Assembly (NCBI RefSeq): GCF_006345805.1 | Contig: NC_043020.1 | Location: 27,032,001-27,096,000 of the forward strand | Direction: 5' to 3' | Length of the DNA: 64,000 nt | From: Octopus sinensis | Lineage: Eukaryota | In this document: in pieces, positions 1-13,554 of the stretch | How positions within the stretch are numbered: the stretch's first letter is position 1 | Layout of the letters: each line of letters begins with the position of its first letter | Program-made: the position numbers and the translations under genes | Notes under the pieces: generated by a model | What the model was told of the DNA's origin: nothing | Seen by the model: only the letters and a program-made list of their open reading frames with translations | Database searches by the model: none

Positions 1-197
1 TTGCTATCTATCTAGCTATCTTGCTATCTATCCATATATGACTAAGTATGGCTGTTAGCCTATCTGTCGGTGACTCTCTCTCTGTCTCCCTCTCTCTCTC
101 TCTCTATCTATCTTTTAAACACCTCCTCTCTCACACACACGCGCGTACACTCGTATGCGCGCACACACAGCAGGCCACAACATGGTGGCTGGCTTAC

Positions 198-270
198 AGG
201 TTCGATTCAATCGCACTGATGCTATATATGTCGAATGACGTCAGGGCAGACTCTTCTGCTGAGCCTATTG
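198..270. CDS. Exon-like unique island, strand ambiguous
   Basis: Plus 200-270: cttacAG...ATTG|GTaaga, xFDSIALMLYMSNDVRADSSAEPIx. Minus 264-198: ttaccaatAG...CCT|GTaagc, xSAEESALTSFDIYSISAIESNx. Both are splice-bounded and open. Confidence 0.3.
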
Positions 271-428
271 GTAAGAGATGCACACGCAACACTATATACA
301 TACATGCACACACGCGCACGCATGCGTGTGTGTGCATATGCGTGTGTATGTGTGTGTGTATAGATACATGTATGTATTCACACACGCACAAATTCACTGA
401 TATATGTGTATATATATATGTATATATG

Positions 429-460
<32 letters not shown>

Positions 461-499
461 CCATATTGCAATCCTGTGCACAGCCTCAGTCATACCATT

Positions 500-542
<43 letters not shown>

Positions 543-862
543 TCACATACATCTTCTCTCTCTCACTCTCTATCTCGCTTTTTCTACACATGCATCTCAT
601 CCTTCCTCTAACACGCATCTAGACTCGTGCAATAAGACTGTATACTCATGTATACTCACTTATAATATACATTACTCAAGTGCATATATACAAATGCGCA
701 TATTCTGTTCGTCGCACGCGCATCCAGGGATCAGCTACACACACACACATGTGTACACACATGTGTGTGAGCACTGTTGCTCCTATAGTTACCTACTAAC
801 AAATATTTATTATTGTGTAAGCGGAATGTGTGTATGTATGTATGCGCATGTATATATATGTA

Positions 863-895
<33 letters not shown>

Positions 896-1343
896 GTGTG
901 TATGTATATCTGTGCATATGCGTGTATGTATATATATATATATATATATAATGTGTGTGTGTGTGTGTGTGTATATGTATATCTCTGCATATATATATAT
1001 ATATAATATATATATATATGTGTGTGTGTTTGTGTGAAAAGTTTCGCCTGGTGGCTGGCTGGCTGGTTGGTGATTGATAAGGGTGGGTCCTTCTTTAACT
1101 TAAGAGAGCATACCTCTTCTCGAATGTCCTACAAGTCCTGAGTTCTATATAAGGCATTTAATATATGTTATACCCTACACATATATATATAACATACATC
1201 CATACATATATATTCTTATATACACATACAACACATGCTTGCACATGCATGTAGATATATATAGAGAGAGGTTGAGAGAGACGTGTGTTTTATGCAAAAA
1301 AAAAAGGCACACACAATTTGATATGTATGTATCTATTTATATG

Positions 1344-1385
<42 letters not shown>

Positions 1386-1517
1386 CATACATACAGATAA
1401 AGGTGAAATATAATTAATTTAATAAAGTCAACAAATTTCACCAAGTAGTATTTCGGTATGGAAAAGGACCATATTCGGTAAAAGTTTATATAATTATAGC
1501 AAAGACCCTCTTTGTTA

Positions 1518-1586
<69 letters not shown>

Positions 1587-1637
1587 GACATGTATGTGTT
1601 ATGCAAAAAAAGCATACACAATTTGCTATGTATGTAT

Positions 1638-1683
<46 letters not shown>

Positions 1684-2387
1684 GTATGTATGTATATATA
1701 TGTATGTATGTATATATATATACTTTTGAAGATATTTTCCATGTCTCTTTTGTATGTGTTTGGTAAAGAATAAATCTTGTCTCTCAGGTTAATTTCATTC
1801 CAATCTTTTAGTCGATATTGTCGTACCATTATTCACAGCTTGGAATTCTTTTTTGAATTTTTCCTTTATATATTTCATTTAGAGAGCTTTGGAGTAGATA
1901 CGCCTCAGTGTTGTATGAATTCATTCTGTCTAATCTTAGACATAGGTAGACACAGGCAAAAACAGGTGTATAGACGAATGAAAATATATACATATTTATA
2001 TGCATTCATATATGTATGTATAATGAATATTAACATCAGTGTGTTTATATATGTATATGTAGGTTTGTATCTGTATGTATATCTATGTACGTGTATGTAT
2101 GAATAGGAATGTGTAAATGTATATGACTGATTGTATGTGTGTATGAACACATGTATCGGTGTGTGTATATGCATCATATATATGCATGTTCTTATGAATG
2201 TGTGTGTGTGTGTCTGTGTATCTTTGCATATATACATGTTCGTTTGTGTACACACATACTTTACTATAATCCTGCATGTATGAATATCTTTTCCTTTGAT
2301 GTGTGTGTGTGTGAATGTGTATCTTTTTTGTCACAGTTCCATCTACATATATAAGTTGTGTGTGTGTGTGTATATATATATATATCT

Positions 2388-2437
<50 letters not shown>

Positions 2438-2867
2438 ATAAACAAAGTCGAAGTGCGATAAAATAAAATTAAACACGTATATATGTATATATACACACAC
2501 ACACACATATTTATTACTTGACATATTACATGGATGATGTGAATTTCTGAGCTTTGCTTCTTTGGAGTCCTCGGACCATTGGAGGGACAGTGGGGTATGT
2601 CAGTGGAGTGGAGTCGGGGAGTCAAGTCTGTGACTCCGACTCATCAATTTATGGTGCTGTCGTCTCCGTCTCTCACTCCAACTAATTTATTTGTAATTAG
2701 ACTAATCAAGTATTTGCTCTATTGATTAAAAATTCACAACATTCGCGGCCAACATGAATCATCGGACTATTTTGCTTTACACCACTCTTCTCTGACAACG
2801 CCTGGGTTTTAAAAACCTATTGCCTATTCTGTTTGGGGTCTTTTTTTTTTAAAGAGTTAATTATATA

Positions 2868-3206
2868 GGCGCAAGAGTGGCTGTGTGATAAGTAGCTTGC
2901 TTACCAACCACATGGTTCCGGGTTCAGTCCCACTGCTTGACATCTTGGAGAAGTGTCTTCTAATATGGCCTCGGGCCGACCAAAGCCTTGTGAGTGGATT
3001 TGGTAGACGGAAACTTAAAGAAGCCCGTCGTATATATGTATATATATATGTGTGTGTGTGTGTCTGTGTTTGTATCCCTAGCATTGCTTGACAACCAATG
3101 CGGTTCGGCAAAAGACACCGATGGAATAAGTACTAGGGGTCGATTTGTTTGACTAAAGGCGGTGCTCCAGCATGGCCGCAGTCAAATGACTGAAACAAGT
3201 AGAAGA
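2868..3206 (+). mobile_element. SINE family A (tRNA-like head + CORE-like domain), near full length
   Basis: A-box-like ggagtggctgtgtggtaag, B-box-like ggttcagtccc, segment gcaccttgggcaagtgtcttct resembling the MIR/CORE domain, internal (TA)(TG) tract. About 20 copies in the window. Confidence 0.8.
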
Positions 3207-5516
3207 GTATTAAATATGATTTAAGTATAAGGCGGCGAGTTGGCACAATGGATAGTGTGTCGGACAAAATGCTTTCGTGGTTAACGTTCTGAGTTCAAAT
3301 ACCGCCGAGGTCAAGTTTGCCTTCCAGCCTCGATAACATAAAATAACCCACTGGGAGTCGATGTAATCGATTAACCCACTCAACCCTAAAATCGATGACC
3401 TTCTGCTAAAATTTGAAACAATTTAAGTCGGTGCGATGGCAGAATCGTTAGTGTTCTGGACAAACTACACAGCTAAGGTAAATAACCCCCGGGAACCATC
3501 AAAATTGCCCCTCCCCTCAACTAAAAAGTGGAAGCTCGTATGGAAATAGCTTAATTAGAAAACGATCTCTCATGTGCCCTGGTGCTGAGTTCAAATACCG
3601 CCCAGGTTGTCTTTGCCTTTTTACGTTTGTGGGTTTATAGAACAACTATCAGTTGAGCACCTGAGCTGATGTAATCGATTTCTATCCACCTTCACCTCAG
3701 ACATTACTGGCCTTGTGCTAAAATTAGAAATGCTTATTAAACGATCAGCGAGTTGGCAGAACCATTAGAATTTCGAGAGAAAATGCTTTTCTGACTCATT
3801 ATATCCCGAGTTCAAATTGCACTGGAACATTCAAGAGTTCCGACTAATTAAATGTATAAAATCAATGGTGTTTGCCTAACTTGGACTTTAGTAAGTCTTT
3901 GGAAACAATTTCGAATACAAGAATAGCTTCTAAAGATTTCGACTTAGCGTATCTTTTTTATCGCGGAACCGATAAGTTATGGGGGGTGGTGCGTAAACAC
4001 CCGACACCTTTTCTGATGGAAATGTGTGTGTCTACAACTTTTGCCTGAAGAAACGAAGAGGTATCAATATTCCACTTAGAATACATGGATTTGCGTATCA
4101 TACACACATACATACATACATAAACGCGCAGCTACCACATACGGCAGGCTTCTGCATAGTTTCTGTCTATCAAGTTCAGCTGGATATGTCCTTAAGGCAT
4201 TGATCGGGCCAGGGCAATAGTTGGAGGCACATGTCCAAGGTGTCACGCAGAGGTACTGAACCCAGGGCCATGTTGTTGGGACGGTAGCTTCTTAGAATAT
4301 GGGCGCAGTATCCGCCTACCAAATCCATCCGCAAAGCATTGGTTGGGGCAGGGCTATAGCAGAAGACACTTTCCGAAAGTGCTGCGCAATAGCGACACTA
4401 AACTCAATATCACGACGTTCCTAAAAGTTTAAAAAAAAAAAAAAAACCAGCTGCGCCACCTGTATGCCTCGGTAGTCTTAGGTTCAGAAATGGCTGCCTC
4501 TCTCGATGTTTTCATTCAGTCAACTTGTTTCATGAACATGTCTGGATATGTCCGTGATTTTGGTTTGGTTTGGCATATAACTCGTTCGCGTGTCCATTCA
4601 ACCGCGAATTCAACCATCAGCCAATATCTGTAGCCATCCATGCCATTCTGTACGGGACGCCTAGGCGCGATCGCGCAACCGACTATCTGTCCGCCCGTCC
4701 GTCCGTCCGTCCGTCTGGCTGGCCGTCTGTATGTCCATTTATTACTATCCGTCACGGCTTGAAACCACCGTGAAATTAATTCATTTGTAACAAACGCCAA
4801 TACTCATAAAATATCTAACAGCTCTATTGATTGTTCCGTTAGAAGTTCTGCTAGTTGCGCTGAAGGTCGGAACCACTATCTCTGCTCTTACTCTCACCAC
4901 AACCACCACCACCACTATCTCTCAATTTCTACCTCCGTCACCCCGTCTCACTCACTTTCCTTTCTGTCTTTCTTTCTCTCTCCTTTTCTAGCTCAAATGT
5001 TGCTCTCTGCTCTTCATATAGTGGCTTCGTCTCCGCCCATCTAATCATCTCTCGTCTCTCCTGCTCTTAAATTCATTTTCTCTCTCCCTCTTCGATACTC
5101 CCCTCCGGTAACGGACAGGAGGGGAAGTACTACGGACTGAAACATATATATATATATATATGTAAATGCAGCATGGTAATACGATATATGATGTATTATA
5201 TACGATATATGAGTGATAATGGATCGCTGTGGGTTTGGTGTTGACTCTTCAGGGATACAAGCTTCTGAATTTGACCTTTCAGATCACGACAACCTTTCTG
5301 GTGCTGGCTTCACGGTGAGATGTTCGGTAAAGTTGTTGGCCACAGAAAGGGCATCCAATCGTGGAACCTTAAACGGCAGCTGGAACGTGTGAGTGAGATG
5401 CAGTCCTCTGGTGTAGGGGACTAGTAACTCTGATTAATAAATGATTCATGCAGTCTGTCTATCTCTCTCTCTCTCTCCCTCTCTTTGTCTCACTCCACGC
5501 ACGCACGCGCGCGCGC

Positions 5517-5565
<49 letters not shown>

Positions 5566-7733
5566 GAAGAGAGCGCAGTTATGATTGTATGGATAGGATG
5601 CTCCTCCGCAGAATTTAGTGGTGTGTGATAGGCGGAAACTGCCGGACGTATGTATGTGCTTTTTTTTGTATTTGTGTTTGCCAGCCTGTCTTAGCCATTC
5701 GACAAAGATCAATCGATAAAATAAGTATGAAACTTGAGTGTAACGTAATCGACTAACATTTCCAGCTAAGAGTGCTCCAGCATGGTCGCGTTAGACCTAT
5801 AATAACATTTTTATTTAAGGCGAAGTTGCTGAGTTGTTGAGGGGTCGGATAGAATACCTTCTGATCTCTCTGCACATGGTTCAATTCCTGCATGGGATAC
5901 TTGGTGTCTCATTATCTGGGGTCGGTAAATAAATTTCCAGTTCACTATACTGAAATGCTGGTCGAGAGATCGTATCTCTATTCCGGGTTAATGTCTTCCA
6001 AGTTCGAATTCCGTCTGGGGCTAAATACGATCACAGGCAGAGCAATCTGCCTACCCAGCGCGAAACCCGTCGATATGAGCAAGCAGACATAAAATCCAAC
6101 CAAGCGTAAGCTGCCCCTATCATACCGAGATCTTCATCCAGCCAGGTATCGAAAAAACCTGGTTCGAATGCGGGGATAGTTTTTTTTTTTTCCATGTCCG
6201 TCTATTGGATTTGGTCTTTATCTTTTAATTATCAACAGTGGCACTTCCCTTTTTGTCGGTTGGTTCTTGGCAATAATACTCAGTCATTCAACCTTGATCT
6301 GTGTCTACGTGGGGTAAATTAGTATATACTATAGCACGAATGTGAAACGTAACGCCTGCAGCAGCGTTTGGTCCGGCCCCCAGCTAGGTTTCCTTTATAT
6401 TTTGTTTTATTTTTATTAATATTCTGAAAAAAAAAATAGGGTACCACTGTTCCCGAAGGCTTATGAATCAATATACTAAAGGATGCGTCCTATATCCCCT
6501 TCACTTTGTCTATACTCGCTGAGTCAAACGTAATTAATTTTTCCTTTAAATATCGGCATGGATTCTACTGACGTGAATAATATTGAAAGGTTTTGCCGCT
6601 GAAACAACTGAAGCATTGTTTCTTTTATTTATTTATATCCATCTCCATTCTCAGTCGACGGACTGCTTATAGTAAAGGAAAGTAACATATACTACGTGAA
6701 TGAAGTTTCTCTTCGCTTCTTTGCACATCAGTTTTGCTAATACGCCATTATTTCGTTTCTTTCCTTACGGCGGTGAGCTGGCAGAGTCGTTAGCGCGCCG
6801 GACGAAATGCTTAGCGGTAGTTCGCCCATCTTTGTCCTTACCAGAGACATCATAAAGGGGCTTCGAGAGTGAGCAGTCAAAATGCTTAGGGGCATTCGTT
6901 CCACCCTTACGATCTGAGTTCAGATTCCGCCTTCGACAAAATTGTTAAATGGTAGGCGACTGTAACAAACATGATTCAAGTGGAAGCCTTTATATTTTGA
7001 GCATACGCCTCTAAGTCGGAAAAGGATTTGCCTCCAAGAGCAAGTCTTCTTCTCTGAGGACTTTATCGTCACATATTTATTTACAGTACTGGGGTTGTTT
7101 TTCATTCAATTTCGATGTAAATCCATACGGCGTTTTTTTTTATATTCTAATAATGTTTCCTGCAGTGAGTTTTTTTATCTGTCGGTTGCTCTTGTGGTTA
7201 CAGAAAGAAGTTTTATTATAATGATGATGGTTTTTGGACTGGTAGTGGTTGTGGTAGCCGTCGTCGTAGGAGAAATGGCGTTAAGATGGTGGTGGTAGTG
7301 GGAAGGATGTCGTTAGGAGGAGGGTGGTGGTGGCGGGAATTCAGTGTTGATTTTGCGTGCGTGGTGGAAATCCTAGGCAGTGATGATGCTACTCATCCTC
7401 ACGATGGTAGTGATGCCGTCGGGCTGGTGTGATCACGGTTGTAGCGACGATGTTTGCAGTAGAACCGGTGATGGCTGTGGCGATGGTAGTTCGGTCGACG
7501 GGTGGATGAAAGGGCAATGGTGGTGGAGGTAGTGGCGATGCTCTTGTTCATCAGAGTGGTAGTGGTGGCTTGGTTGTGGTCACAGTGGTAGTCACGACTT
7601 TCATATGGTGGAGTTGGCGATGTTGATGGCGGCGGCGGCTGGAGGAGGGCGTTAGTGGTGGTGGTAGTGACAGGGATATTGATGGTGACGTTGGTAGTGG
7701 TGGTGGTTGTGGTGATGGTAGTTGGATGAATAA

Positions 7734-8148
7734 GGCGGCGAGCTGGCAGAAACGTTAGCCCGCCGGGCGAAATGCTTAGCGGTACTTCGTCTGCCGCTAC
7801 GTTCTGAGTTCAAATTCCGCCGAGGTCGACTTTGCCTTTCATCCTTTCGGGATCGATTAAATAAGTACCAGTTACACACTGGGGGTCGATGTAATCGACT
7901 TAATCCGTGTGTCTGTCCTTGTTTGTCCCTTCTGTGTTTAGCCCCTTGTGGGCAATAAAAAAATAGGTATTTCGTCTGCCGCTACGTTGTGAGTTCAAAT
8001 TCCGCCGAGGTCGACTTTGCCTTTCATCCTTTCGGGGTCAATAAATTAAGTACCAGTTACGCACTGGGGTCGATGTAATCGACTTAATCCGCGTGTGTGT
8101 CCTTGTTTGTCCCCTCTATGTTTAGCCCCTTGTGGGCAATAAAGAAAC
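7734..8148 (+). mobile_element. SINE family B, one head with two tandem bodies
   Basis: Head ggcggcgagctggcagaaacgttagc...gagttcaaattcc, central ctttgcctttcatcctttcggggtcgataaattaagtaccag (recalls the Meta/Sauria-SINE domain, from memory). Body repeats from about 7966. Flanked by gttggatgaat at 7721-7731 and 8155-8165 (TSD-like). Confidence 0.8.
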
Positions 8149-8875
8149 AAGGTTGTTGGATGAATGAGGTCGTAGTGATGATGATGTTTTCCATTGGTGG
8201 AGATTATGATGATGATGATGGCATTGACGATTGCCAGCACGTAATGTAACGTAATGTACGTAGTCGTTTATCGACAACAACAACAACAGCAACAGCCCCG
8301 CTGAACGCAACAACAGCCATCCAGTGACGTAACGGACCTGTTGTTGGGAAAGAGCTTTAATGTAATGCAGTTCTGGGGAAATGTAAAGCAGTGTCGAGTG
8401 TACAACATGGAAAAACTCGCGCTGCTCATCCTGCTCTCCTTCTCTCTCTCTCTCTCGCTCGCTCGCTCTCTAATTCTTCAGGAGAAAATAAAAATAATTG
8501 AATAAATAAATAATGGAGAAGGGGGGGGGGAAAGAATCAAACGAAACATTAACAAAAGAAAACAACGCGAGAGAATTGAAAAAAAAAAAAAAGATGACGG
8601 CATTCATTTATACAAGGGGAGATAAAGTGAAAGGTAGCAGACTATTTAGAGTTACTTCCCTTAGTTTCTTTTTTCTTTTTTTTCAAATTCGTTATCCAGT
8701 TTGCCTATTTCTGTCATCGCTCTCTCTCTCTCTCACTCACACTCACACTCACACTCATACTCTCTCTCTCTCTTTTTTTTTTTCTTTCCACTTTTGATCT
8801 TTTTTTTCCTTCATGGACACATTTAGCATGGAATATGTATTGCACATATTCTGTGTTGTGTGTGTATATTAATAA

Positions 8876-8930
<55 letters not shown>

Positions 8931-9193
8931 GTCTTAGTGTATGTATATATACATATGTATGTATATATGAGTGTATATGTATATATATATATATGGATTT
9001 GTACAGTATACACACACTTTTATATATATATAATATACGCATATACATACATAGTATGTTATAGATAATGTAAATATACTCATGTATGTCTATACTGCAA
9101 TATATACGCATATATATAAGGATAATGTATATATATGTATGTACTAACACAAACACAAATATACGTGTGTATATAAATATATACTGTATATGA

Positions 9194-9228
<35 letters not shown>

Positions 9229-10498
9229 ATATATACATATACACATTATATGAAAATAGGTATAAACATATATAGAATATGTATATGGTGCCCCAGCATG
9301 GCCACAGCTCATGAGCTGAAACTGGAAAAATCAAAATCATGTCTACATTCACACAGATATACAGTGCGTATATATATATATATATACACATGTATTTCCA
9401 TAAGTATAGTATATACGCATGTGTGTGTTTGATATGTGATTGTGTGCACATGTATATGAATTGACAAATATACACGTGTGTCAATGTGTAGAGTGCGTGC
9501 GTATATGTATATGCAATGTATGTATAAAATGTGTATATGAGTGTGTGTATATTGTATACTACCTGTCTTTGTTATCGAAGTCTCATTGTTCAACATCAGC
9601 CAAGTCGACCCTTTTGATCAAATCTGGTCTCCCTCCCCCGTCTCATTCCTTCCTTGTGTGAACAGAACTCAGGACCCACATTCTCTTTCCACCGTGCCAT
9701 TTTCGCCACAACGGGTGGGCGGGCATTTCGAGAGAGACACAGAGAGAGAGAGGGAGGGAGAGAGAACCATTTAGTTGCTATTTCTTGCAGATCGAGCTAC
9801 GACGTAGAGCCGCCCTCGTCGGTATGTTTTCTGTCTGCGCTGTATTGGTTGGTTGGCTGGTGTGTCGGCTGGTTTCTCCCTTTGCCTTTTATGGAATATT
9901 TCTGCCCAACCACTCATTAACATATTCCAATATTTGCCGTATTCTCTCTCTTATTGTTTGTTTATCAGTTTACGTGTGTGTTCTTATTCTTATTTTTATT
10001 TTTATTTTTCTCTTTTGCAGAATGCTTTCACAGACGAACTCCAGCTCGCTTTCGATCTCGCTCTCCGTTTTTATCTCTCCCTCTCTCCCTCCCCCTCCCC
10101 CGACTCTTTCTCTCCCTCTCTGTCTCTCTCTTCTCTCTCACTCACACCAACCTGTATGAAGACTGCAAGAGCATTTACACAGCAAAGGAACGTTGGTTAA
10201 ACGTATACACATAATAGCTACCAAAGGAGTCGAACCCACACACGAAAACACAAACGACACACATGCATACATATATATATATGCACACACACACACATAC
10301 TCACACACCGACGCATACGCACACACACAAATGCATATAAAGCCATGGGCACACACATACACATATCCAGAATATATCAAAATCAAACAAAAAATACGAG
10401 AATAGAAACGCATACAAAATATATCGAAACCTCGTAGCAAACACTAAATGCATTGCTCCAGCGTGGCCTTAGCATAACATCTACAACATAGCAAAAGG

Positions 10499-10573
<75 letters not shown>

Positions 10574-11555
10574 TTCAGAGACGGAGTAGTGCGAGAAAGA
10601 GAGAGAGAGACACAGACAAAGGAAGAGAAAGGGTAGGAGGAAGTGGAGGCCGAGGATGAGGGCAGATGCTTTTTGTGTATGTGTTATTACCGAATGAAAA
10701 CAAGAGAAACAGTTTGAATTAAAAGAAGGGTAAGTGTACTTTTGTTTTGTGTGTATTTGTGGTGTTTTTGTTATTTTTTTTCTTTCCTCTCTTTTTTCCT
10801 TCTCCTTTGGTGTTTTGATTTAAAATCCGTGTCTAATATTTTTTCATGAGATATATATATATATAGAAACATACATATACCTACACACATCACTACATCC
10901 CTAAACATAATATGTATATATGTTTATATATTTCGTGAAACGGCGATATATATACAAGTATATATATATATATATATATATATAGTATTTAAATCAACTT
11001 AGTTTGATTTCAAAAACCCCACTAGGATGGGAGAAAGCGCTAATACATGATCTAGGTTATATGATATATAAAAACATGTAATATACAAATAAATATCTGT
11101 AAATATAAACCATCCGATTTTCTGAGTACCTCATTTCTTCTAATATAAAATACCTGTGCATCATCTCCAAACCTTCCAATACAAGTATATATATATACAT
11201 ATATATATATATATGTATGTATGTATTGGTTCATGTATACTTCCCATCTCCCTTCCATCCTATACAGAGGTAAAATAAATATATACATATATAAATATAC
11301 ATGCAGATATTCAGAAATGGAAATATGTATACCCTTACATTAATAATAGCCTTCAATTCTTTCGTATATACGTTTAATAGAAACTTATACATACATGCGT
11401 ATAATACAAATGCACGCATTCAAACATGGATATTATACATACGTCTAATGCAAATATGCAAATGTGCTCTCACACGCACACGCCTATATTACTTAATCAG
11501 TAGTAGTTACGGAGTGACTCATGAGCGCTGAGTTTCGTGCATTTGCGCTCATCAG

Positions 11556-11649
11556 ACCAGTTTTAAATTAGTGGCGGCGAATGGTATTGTATTTATGAAG
11601 TCCAACAAAGGGTATTTGTACATAAAGCACCCCCTTAATTTGAAACCAG
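11556..11649 (+). CDS. Candidate exon
   Basis: Acceptor gcatttgcgctcatcAG, donor CCAG|GTtcat. Only frame 0 is open: TSFKLVAANGIVFMKSNKGYLYIKHPLNLKP. An antisense frame is also open across it. Confidence 0.3.
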
Positions 11650-11845
11650 GTTCATAAGTAAGAATAAGCGACACTCGCGAGCTTTGACTCACTCTGTCAC
11701 CTCTGCCAATGTGTGTGAGTATGTATATATATAGGTGTATATATGTGTGTGCATATACGTTTGTATATATATGTGTATGTATGTATATATGTGTGTATGT
11801 ATCTCTCTCTCTCTTTCCATCTCTCTCTCTATAAATATACACGTC

Positions 11846-11881
<36 letters not shown>

Positions 11882-12268
11882 TACATACACACATATATAC
11901 ATTCATACATACACATATATATACAAACGTATATGCACACACATATATACACCTATATATACATACACATCTATATATGTGTGTATGTATTTATATGTGT
12001 ATTTATGTGCGTATATGTATATGTTTGTATATATGTGTATATGTATCCGTATATTTATGCATAAATATGTGTGTGTATATGAATGTATATATATGTATGT
12101 ATATATATGAATGTATATATGTCTTTATAATTGTTTCTTTTATACATATATTTTAGTTAATTTTTATGTATGTGCGAGTGTCTATACGTATCTACATGTC
12201 TTTTTTTTACTTATATAATTTCCATTTGTTTCTCTTTTGATCTTTTTCTGTTTGTTTTTTTTTTTTAC

Positions 12269-12343
12269 CAAGTTTTGGCCATTCGTTGGCAAATGTCAGA
12301 CTGCCGTCCTGACAGTGCCACAACCAACAGAACTTCGAAGTCA
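12269..12343 (-). CDS. Candidate 75-nt symmetric exon, minus strand
   Basis: Acceptor atatatttttttttatAG, donor CTTG|GTaaaa. Two frames are open (xTSKFCWLWHCQDGSLTFANEWPKLx or xDFEVLLVVALSGRQSDICQRMAKTx). Unique sequence inside simple-repeat DNA. Confidence 0.45.
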
Positions 12344-12849
12344 CTATAAAAAAAATATATATTTAGCTTTTGTTTGTAGTGATTCTCTTTTCTCAGTGTA
12401 CAAAGTTTTTTTACTTACTCTGTGAGCGTGTGATACCTTGAGCTTGTTTTTCTTAAAATTCTGTAATATTGAAGACGTTACCGCCTTAACAGAAACTGTA
12501 TACACACTATATACGCGTTTTTATTTTATTATTATTGTTTCATTAGTGTGTGTATGTGTGCATGTATATACTGTATGTATTACTCTGTCTTCACTGCATA
12601 TATTAAACAAATGTAATTGTCATTGAGTACTTTCAACAAAATAGTCAAAAAGCAAAACGAAACAACAACAAGAATATTAATGATATTAATAATAAAAATG
12701 ATAACATAACATAAGCACAACAACAGCAATAACAACACTAATAAATAAAGGCTGTAATTATATAAAAGCATCTGTGTGTATCCATTTAAATGAATGGATT
12801 ATATAAATTCTGCTGCAGATATTTAGTACTTCTTTTGCTTCTTTAAACA

Positions 12850-12899
<50 letters not shown>

Positions 12900-13116
12900 T
12901 GTGTGTGAGTGATATTTGTATATAATGTAATTTAATATGGAGCTTGAATTTATTTCCAAGTCTCTCATCGGATTAGTCATATGTATATACTTCATGTCGC
13001 ATTGTTTTAACTCTCGCTTTTTCTTTTCATTCGATTTTACTGAGCACTTTTAATAATGGCTTTGTACATAAAATGTATTTTCGATGTAACTGGGAAATGT
13101 TTATGCGCATATATAT

Positions 13117-13214
<98 letters not shown>

Positions 13215-13554
13215 ACACACACAGGCACTTTCATACCTCAATGCACGCGGACAGGTTCCTGTGTGGTGTCGGATCTGCAGGAATGCTGTTGATTTGAATG
13301 TATGACTAGTGTGTATGGGTGGGTGGGTGCATGCGCTTGTCTATCTACTTTTTATATCTATGTATGTAATCTATCTATCTAGCTAGCTAGCTATCTGTAT
13401 ATCTATCTGTATGTATGTCTGTCTATCTGGGTTGGTGGGTGAAGAAGACTGGTGATTATACTGGAAGTCGTTTTTAGCCAAAAAGAAGAAAAATCTACTG
13501 GAACTGAGCTGACCTGAAACTTCATTCAGTTTTTTTAAGAGTGTAGAGTTAGTT

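Noticed and set aside
1445-1484. Minus-strand CCGAATA-T-GGT...ACC-GAAA-TACT, hammerhead-shaped
   Set aside because: Two core mismatches and no valid NUH site; at best a heavily decayed relic.
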